A stretch of DNA of 64,000 nucleotides from Octopus vulgaris (Eukaryota): assembly GCA_951406725.2 (NCBI GenBank), contig OX597824.1:2604001-2668000 (forward strand). The letters run 5' to 3'. The stretch's first letter is position 1. Each line of letters begins with the position of its first letter. This document shows, piece after piece, positions 39,721-64,000 of the stretch. The notes beneath the pieces are model-generated. The model ran no database searches. It worked only from the letters and a program-made list of their open reading frames with translations, and was not told the origin of the DNA. The position numbers and the translations under genes were made by a program.

Positions 39721-39826
39721 CGACCAACGTTTGCTTCTTCTTCTTCTTCTTCTGTCCTTTGAACAGATTTAGGTTTTAAATATTTATTTATTATTATTGT
39801 TATTCTGAACCTCAAAACACACCAAA

Positions 39827-56549
<16,723 letters not shown>

Positions 56550-58899
56550 ACGTGGCTATTTTAGGTAAGTTTTCCTGTCCTTCAAATATTACAGCTAATC
56601 ATTGCTACAGACACACAGACACATATGTTAGGCTACATACACATATATGTTGTTGACTTCATAAGAATTTAGAAACTTCAAGACAACATGAAATAATTCT
56701 TTCTTGGAATGATTAAACTCAAAGCAAATAAAGCTAACGGTAACAGCATGTAAATCTTGTCAGGTTATTATTCATAGCTTTATTTACTTTGAGTTAAACT
56801 GTCCCAAAAAATGAAGTATTACGTATGTATATTTCTGTAAACATGTGTTCGAAGATGTTTATTACAGTGAGTAGTTTTGAAAGCCTGCTGAAGACAGTCA
56901 CTGAAATGGTGACCCACAAACTCATGTGGGATTCTAAATAAGGTATTTTCTTCTCATATACTTTGTTATGTGTGGATTTTTTTTCACATGTTTAATTCTG
57001 TCATCTTTCATGTAAGATCTCGGGTCTTACACCAAATGCGTAATGTTCATGTAGTTCTCTTGTAACATATATTTCCCTTAGCAGCAAACTGGGGGGGGGG
57101 GGGTATTTTATACTCCACATGTGTGTCTATGTATAGGTGATGATGATAATGGTGATAGCATTTTCTTCATGTCTGAAGATGATGAAGTAGAAGTGTCTAC
57201 CCTCGAGTTGCTATGTAAACCGATTGTTTGATGCTGCGGGGTTTCTCCTGTCTATGCTTAGTGGTTTTAATGTGAGAGTCGGTCTGTGCAATCCAGTCCT
57301 ACTTCTTTAGCCTTGGAGATTTGACCTCCAAAGGACCAGGTGGCAGCAGTGACCAGCAAGCTATAAGGTTTTACTGTGTAGAGCTCTGCCTACCTTGGAG
57401 TTTCAGGAAAAATGTCAAAGTGGACCCTGGACCACCTGTGGCACCCCATTCCTTGATTTGCTGTCCAAGTTGACTCCCTAAACCTTTTTCTCTCCCAAGG
57501 AACTCACAAGGCAATGAGGGCTTCTACTTGGATTTGCTTCCATAACATTCTATTTAACCCGAAGCTGGGACTGTAGTAGGTGCTACTACTCTGGGTCAGA
57601 ATAGATTTGGCAGCAATAGGGGTTAAGGGGTGCCTCCACACTTGGGTTCCACTACTACTTGAAATTTAAGTCATACCCAGGATGTGTGTGTACATATATC
57701 ATCATCATCATCATTTAATGTCTGTTGTCCATGCTGGCATGGGTTGGACAAGAAGTTACTCTCGTGGGATGGAACTTTATATATATATATATATATATCT
57801 GTCCAGCTCCAGCCCCACCCCAGTCAGTTCCACCCTCTCTTCTAGAATGTGTGTAGCCATCTAACTCTTCTACAACAAGAAGTGCTCTGGCCCCTTCTGG
57901 TATACTTTAACCCTTCATCTTTTAACATAAAGCTACATCTCCCTTGGTTTGTGGTGTTGCACACTGCATGACTTTGCTGGTGCCTTGAGAAAACATCCAA
58001 TACACACTAAAGGCATCCGGCCTTAGAAACCAGGCAGAAGAAGTCTGTGGAGCACAAAGCATTCCTTGAGCCCTTCAGATCCTGTCAATCCATTCAGCCC
58101 TTGCCAGTTTGGAATGCAGGCATTAAACGGCGGCGGCATGTGTGTGTGTGTGTGTGTGTATTATGTCAATGTTATGGTAGAAGGGATTGCACCTGCATTC
58201 ATGTAGCTACAGAGGGAAATTCAAAAGCCTACAACCATGTATACATGTGTAAATATGAGGCTGTGCATGCATATGTTTGTGTGGCATTTTGTTGTCACCA
58301 TGCACTGACTGTAAACAAAAACGGTGTCACTTGTTTGCAGTGTTTCTGACCCTTGCAATGTTTGAAGGATTCGGGTAAATATTCGTTTACTTGCAACAGA
58401 AAGAGATTGCCATAGTTAATTCCTTTGGAGCCAAGCAATCATGCGAATATGGATCTTTCAATGAAACAAGGAACAGGTTAAACAGTTAAGTTTATCTCTA
58501 TAATGGTACATCAGAATCGAAATCGATCAATGGAAATTGCAGATGTGTTACCAGTGCCGGTGGCATGTAAGAGAACTTTCCGTTTCGCGACCGTTGCCAG
58601 CACCGCCCCGTTTCGTCTCCGTTGCAAGCCTCGCCTGGCCCTCGTGCCGGTGGCACATAAAAAGCGCCATCCGTTCGTGGCCGTTTGCCAGCTCTGTCTG
58701 GCACCAGTGCGGGTGGCACGTAAAAAGCACCCACTACACTCACGGAGTGGTTGGCGTTAGGAAGGGCATCCAGCCGTAGAAACACTGCCAGATTTGACTG
58801 GGCCTGATGAAGCCTTCTGGCTTCACAGACCCCAGTAGAACCGTCCAACCCATGCTAGCATGGAAAACGGACGCTAAACGATGATGATGATGATGTTAT

Positions 58900-59565
58900 T
58901 AAGGCAGTGAGCTGGCAGATTCGTTAGCTGGACATAATGCTTAGCAGTATTTCACCCGTCGCTGCATTCTGAGTTCAAATTCTGCCGAGGTTGACTTTGC
59001 CTCTTATCCTATCCGGGTCAATAAATTAAGTACCAGTGAAACACTGGGGTCAATGTAATCAACTAGTACTCTCCCCCAAAATGTCAGGCCTTGTGCCTAC
59101 AGCAGAAAGGATTATTATTATAATTAAGGTAGCAACCTGGCAGATTTGTTAGTATGCTGGGCAAAATGCTCAGTAGCATTTCATGTCTTTACATTCTGAG
59201 ATCAAATTCCCAGGTGGATTTTGCTTTTCATCCTTTCGGGATCGATAAATTAAGTACCAGTTATACACTGGGGTCAATGTGATCAACTAGTCCCCTCTCA
59301 CCAAAATTTCAGGCTTTGTGTCTATAGTGGAAAGGTTTATTACTATTAAGTGGCTGAGAGCAAACAGAATCATTAACATGTCAGTGGCATTTCTTCTTGA
59401 TTGTTACATTGTGAGTTCAAATCCTGCTCTGGTCAACTTTTGCCATTCATCTTTTCATGGCCAATAAGGTATATAGTTCTGTCAAATATTAAAGCCAGTC
59501 GTATCAACCAATATTTTTTCTCAAATTTCAAGCTTTGTGCCTACATCAGAAACCATCATTATTAT
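58900..59565 (+). mobile_element. Three head-to-tail copies of the same SINE family separated by (ATT)n
   Basis: AAGG..GAGCTGGCAGA...GAGTTCAAATT...GGCCTTGTGCCTA..AGAAAGG.ATTATT repeated three times. Confidence 0.85.
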
Positions 59566-59648
59566 TATGATTATTGAATTAATATGAACAATATTTGCCT
59601 TTAATCTTTCTTCGTTTTGATGTTTTTTACTTTTTATTTTCTCTGCAG

Positions 59649-59815
59649 GTCCACTCATTTTTTGTTTTGAACTTTTTTATAAATATTTTTTTTTTGTCTT
59701 CAAATGACGAACAAAAAATTTGGAAGAACACTAATTGGTTATTTGGGTATCTCTGGAATAACTAACAACTGTCCCATATGATTGAATCCAATAAAACATT
59801 TTAAAGACAATTTCT
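59649..59815 (+). other. NAA10: Probable NAA10 terminal 3'-UTR exon with poly(A) signal
   Basis: Strong pyrimidine tract plus ctgcag acceptor ending 59648; AATAAA at 59790-59795 followed by a GT/T-rich tract. Confidence 0.6.
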
Positions 59816-61823
59816 GTTTGTTTTTTTTTTTTTTTAAATTTCATTTGTATTTCTTTCAATGCAGAAATAGTTTTTTTTTTTTTACAACAATGTATCTCAT
59901 CATCATCATCATCGTTTAACGTCCGCTTTCCATGCTAGCATGGGTTGGACGAGTGACTGAGGGCTGGTGAACCAGATGGCTGCACCAGACTCCAATCTGA
60001 TCTGGCAGAGTTTCTACAGCTGGATGCCCTTCCTAACGCCAACCACTCTGAGAGTGTAATGGGTGCTTTTATGTGCCACTGGCATGGGGGCCAGTCAGGC
60101 GGTTCTGGCAACAACCTCGCTCGAATTTTTTTTTTTTTTTACACACATGCCAATGGCACAGGTGCCAGTGAGGTGATGCTAGTAACGATCCTGCTCGAAT
60201 GGTGCCTCCTACATGCCACCGGCATGGAAGCCAGTTAGCCGCTCTGGCAACGATCACGCTCAGATGGTGCTCTTAGCACCCTACTAGCACAGGACACAAG
60301 TGCCAGTAAGGTGAAGCTGGTAACGATCACACTGTAATGGTGCCTTCTATGTGCCACTGGCACGGAAGCCAGTTAGCCACTCTGTCTGATTCCTGAAATT
60401 CTAGATTCCATTAAATCATGTTACATAGTGTGAAACCTGTCTACTCTAGACCTTTCCAAGTCCTGAAAGAATTATTTATTTCTTGACACTAGCTTCCCAT
60501 CCACGTGGCTCCAGGTTCAGTCCCACTGTGTGTCACTTTGAGCAAGTGTCTTCTCTTGCCTTGGGCCTACCAGTGTCTTGTAAGTGGATTTGCTAGACAG
60601 AAACCATTGTGTATATAAATATATCTAGGTGTGGATGTCTTTGTGTCTGTGTTTGTCCCCCACCACCGCTTGGCAACCAGTGTTGGTGCATTTATGTCCC
60701 TGTAACTTAACGGTTCGGCAAAAGAGGTTGATAGAATAAGAACCAGGTTTTTTTTTTTTTAAATAAAAAACAAGTTAGACAACAAATTCTTAAAGTGATG
60801 GCCGCAGGCTGATTATTGAAACAAGTAAAACATAGATGTAAGTGCATTCGCACACTTGTACAAGAGTTACCCGTTGTCATACGTTACCTGTCGGACACCT
60901 TGTATGACAGGTAAGTTTGCAAGTGTAGTTTTGTCACACTGAGTAATATACGGTTACATGACATGAAAAATTTATAATTTTAATTTTGCCAAATTTCTTG
61001 AAGTTAATCCAAAATGACGAAATTTATACCGATTTTTAAAGCAAGTGTATTTCCTTGAAGTAAAATTTGTATATTTACAAGCAATATGACACTTTTAGAA
61101 GTTTTATCAACATAATGGTACCGGACTTCATTGAAAACTGATTTCTACAAAATTCCCTTTAAAAATATGTTTCAGAATGTTACGCCACTCAACTTGCTCT
61201 CTCTCTCTCTCTCTCTCTCTCCCCTTCCCTTCCTCTCTCCACTCGATGTAAAGCGTGACGAGAGAAAGCAACCAACCAACATTTCTATCGGCATTTTCGT
61301 TGTAAAATGTTGAATTGCTTTTCACACAGATATCCTTTACCTTAGTGACGTGGACGGAATTGGACACTCTGACGGCCAGATACACTTCCTGACACCTGCT
61401 CGTTGTCACTTTTCCACGACATGCTTGGATAAGGTGTGCCTGTTCTAATAATCGAAATACGCGCGCATGAAAACACAGTTACCCCTGGTGGAGTCGAGTT
61501 TGTTGAGATCTTTTTTTTTATATATTTTAATGCCGTGAAAACCAACAAGAATTCAAACAGCATAATAAAGACAGCATGTATTCCATCCACACCCTATTGT
61601 AATCATGTGCACAACATTAATCAATGGTCATAATTTAACAAATAACAATACTTATGTAAACATGTAACGAGTGATTTATTGGGGATTGATAACGAAATTT
61701 TATGATGCCAGAATAATTCTTTCCCCTCTGAATGCATCAATGACGTAATTCATTCGTGATAACCAAAGTAAGACTCCCACTCACTTCAAGTCATTGTTAA
61801 TATAAAATGCTTTCCGCATGCAT

Positions 61824-62471
61824 TTAAGTAAACGGAGTTAGAAGTTTCTCGAGTGAAAGAAAGCGCTTATCTAATTTGAGAAGCTTACCCCGCTGATAAT
61901 CCATGTTACCAAATTTCGAGGAACCGTTTTCTGGGTGACTTTGATGTCTGTTTTTGAAAAACAGTGTCGATTTTAGTTTCTGTTCAAAATTTGAATTTGC
62001 AGACCTCAATGGGGGCAACTCTGTCGTCCCTGGAGCCTTAAAATCTTGTAGAGAAGGGTTCCGAAAGTGTCCATTATTTGTCTTCAGTTCTGACTGAGCA
62101 TTTATCAGTGCCATATTAGCGTCGGTACGCTTCCCAAAGTGATGCTGACGTAAGTCTTTTAAGTGACTTTGGTTAAAGAATGTCTTTCTGTGGAGATCAC
62201 ACAGTCGGGCAACTTTCTCTTGTTCACTGTTGAGGCTGTTTAATTTACGCCCCAAAAGAAACTGCTGAGTTACGTTGTCATAGAGCAAAACACGAGAAAG
62301 CTTCGTTTTCAGAACGAATGCATTTGCCATGCAGTATCTTTTGTTGCCATAGTTGGGAGTGATTCTGGGCGGCCGGTGCATATATTTCAATTTGGCAGGG
62401 ATTTCATGAGGATTGATCTCATTCTTCTCTACGGCTATAGTGTTTTTCAGTTTCATCTTCGGATCTACCAT
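61824..62471 (-). CDS. Uncharacterised basic protein, 215 aa from ATG 62471 (single coding exon seen)
   Basis: Long non-repetitive ORF in AT-rich DNA, preceded by a ttttcagcag acceptor directly before ATG. TAA at 61826-61824 and minus-strand AATAAA at 61680-61675. Confidence 0.7.
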   Translation of the reverse strand: MVDPKMKLKNTIAVEKNEINPHEIPAKLKYMHRPPRITPNYGNKRYCMANAFVLKTKLSRVLLYDNVTQQFLLGRKLNSLNSEQEKVARLCDLHRKTFFNQSHLKDLRQHHFGKRTDANMALINAQSELKTNNGHFRNPSLQDFKAPGTTELPPLRSANSNFEQKLKSTLFFKNRHQSHPENGSSKFGNMDYQRGKLLKLDKRFLSLEKLLTPFT

Positions 62472-63666
62472 CTGCTGAAAATATAAAGAAAATGGACATA
62501 TAGAGTCTTGTGTGTGGTAAAAGTAAGGAACACAAAGGGAAAACAATGTAGGAGGTAGAAATTTTAAGAAATGTATTCGTTTAACACTTAAACGAAAGAG
62601 AACGAGTTCAGACGTTTCGGCCGCAAGTCTTTCATCAGATAAAATATATTGGAGGAAAATGAATTTAAAAAATTATTGTAGTAAAAAACGGACGAGAAAT
62701 TAGGTGCCAGGTGGGATGCGTCTCTACGAGAGAAGGGACAAGGGTGCATATTGGAGTGCTCTTCGGTAGCAAGATATATATATATATATATAGCGCTACC
62801 GAGGAGCAATAAATATACATCTTCACACTCTCCTGACGCAGAAAGTACTTTCTCTTCCTTCTTCTACTTCCAATGACTTCAGAAATGTAAACCTACGTGG
62901 ACTGTTGGCGATTTTTTCCTGTTTCTAACGAAGAGCTATGCCCGAAACGTAAAACAACTCTCTTCTTTCTCCGAGTGTCATATTAATACATTGCTTGTGC
63001 TACGTCTTCACATTTGCTTGTTTATCGTTTTCTTTTTTCGCTTTTTTTAAAATTGATTTTACACACACACACACACACACACACATAAATAACAACAGTT
63101 GTTTCGTACCTTTAAACATCTATAGATAATTTATTTTATCATATTTCATAATTTATTTTATCGTATTTTAGAAGTAAAGCGCTTACATGTCTACATTAAT
63201 ATGAAAAATCTTTACGTTGCTTAATATCTGCATTAATTTAAAGACTGTCTATATTGAAGCAAGCATGTAAGTACTTTACTTGTCATAAAATATAATAAAA
63301 TAAATTATCTCTACATGTTTTAAGTTGCGAAACAGTTGTTGTTATATAACAGAGCGATATTGCTCCCCTGGGGTGGTGGAAAATTCTAAGGGGTATGAAG
63401 AAAAGCGGGGTGATAGTAGGGTAGCAATTCATGTCAAAAGTGGGGCGATAATAGGGTAAAAACAACAAAATAATGGGTTCCTTAAGTTAAGTTTTATTTG
63501 TGAAATGCAGTTCCTTTAAATTTGCTTCAGAAAGAGGTCTATGTCTGGGATGGGTAGTTGGGGTAGGGTGCTGGGTGCGAAGGGGGCGGAAGCCTGGAAA
63601 AGTTTGGGAATCATTGTTATACAAGAATTTCCAATGGTTAAATAAATCTTATCATACTGCGGTATA

Positions 63667-63738
63667 GCCGTGATCGTCTGGTGGTTAGGACCCCACGTTG
63701 TGGCCGTGGTAACCCAGGTTCGCATCCTGGTCACGGCA
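63667..63738 (+). tRNA. tRNA-His (GUG), variant or possible pseudogene (G14, C58)
   Basis: GCCGTGA/TCACGGC acceptor stem, CCACG-TTGTGGC-CGTGG anticodon arm, CCAGG/CCTGG T stem, TTTT terminator ~11 nt downstream. Matches invertebrate tRNA-His as I recall it except at two positions. Confidence 0.9.
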
Positions 63739-64000
63739 GCGCAGTATAATTTTAAACGGCGGTGCATCAGCATGGCCGCAGCTCTGAGCTGAAACTAAAA
63801 AAGAGAAGAAAGCGATCCTATAATTCTCTCGTTATTTCTAACTTTATTCACTCCTAATGGTTTTCTTTTGTGTCGTTCTATATATCCAGTGTTCTGTAGA
63901 ATGATACATTAAAGAGATTTTTTTTTATAAGCACCACTGGATTAGCTGAATTTGTGTTTGTGTGTGTATGTATTTATATATATATGTGTGCGTATGTGAC

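Noticed and set aside
56888-56912. CTGAAGA...GAAA hammerhead-like spacing (also 47334-47361 and 46480-46500)
   Set aside because: Stems I and III or the cleavage triplet are missing; could be chance or heavily decayed.

Overview
Eukaryotic, AT-rich, microsatellite- and transposon-dense DNA. The repeat families resemble those of octopus (coleoid cephalopod) genomes; this is an inference. Two conserved multi-exon genes lie head-to-head across a ~300-bp CpG/ETS-rich promoter at ~39.5-39.8 kb. The first is phosducin-like protein 1 (PDCL/PhLP1) on the minus strand, join 36866-36678, 33597-33472, 31668-31529, 29895-29793, 24978-24865, 24265-24141, 14035-13906 (308 aa). The second is NAA10/ARD1 on the plus strand, join 39827-39847, 42300-42398, 44514-44572, 48170-48218, 54259-54419, 54565-54649, 56517-56549 (168 aa). 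There is also a convergent uncharacterised minus-strand coding exon (62471-61824) and a tRNA-His(GUG) with two invariant-position substitutions. Introns and intergenic DNA hold tRNA-derived SINEs, RTE, CR1 and R4/Dong-like LINE fragments, Tc1/mariner relics, piggyBac MITEs, a Helitron and Penelope remnants. The most notable signals are hammerhead-ribozyme motifs: a tRNA-headed SINE-like element carrying a Penelope-type hammerhead in an inverted-repeat insertion (7954-8427), and an intact-core hammerhead with a very long stem II in the sense strand of PDCL intron 2 (~34475-34602). Also notable are a 7 x 87-bp tandem array of Pol III SINE heads and a ~104-bp-arm palindrome in an NAA10 intron. 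All calls were made by eye; no searches or folding programs were run.
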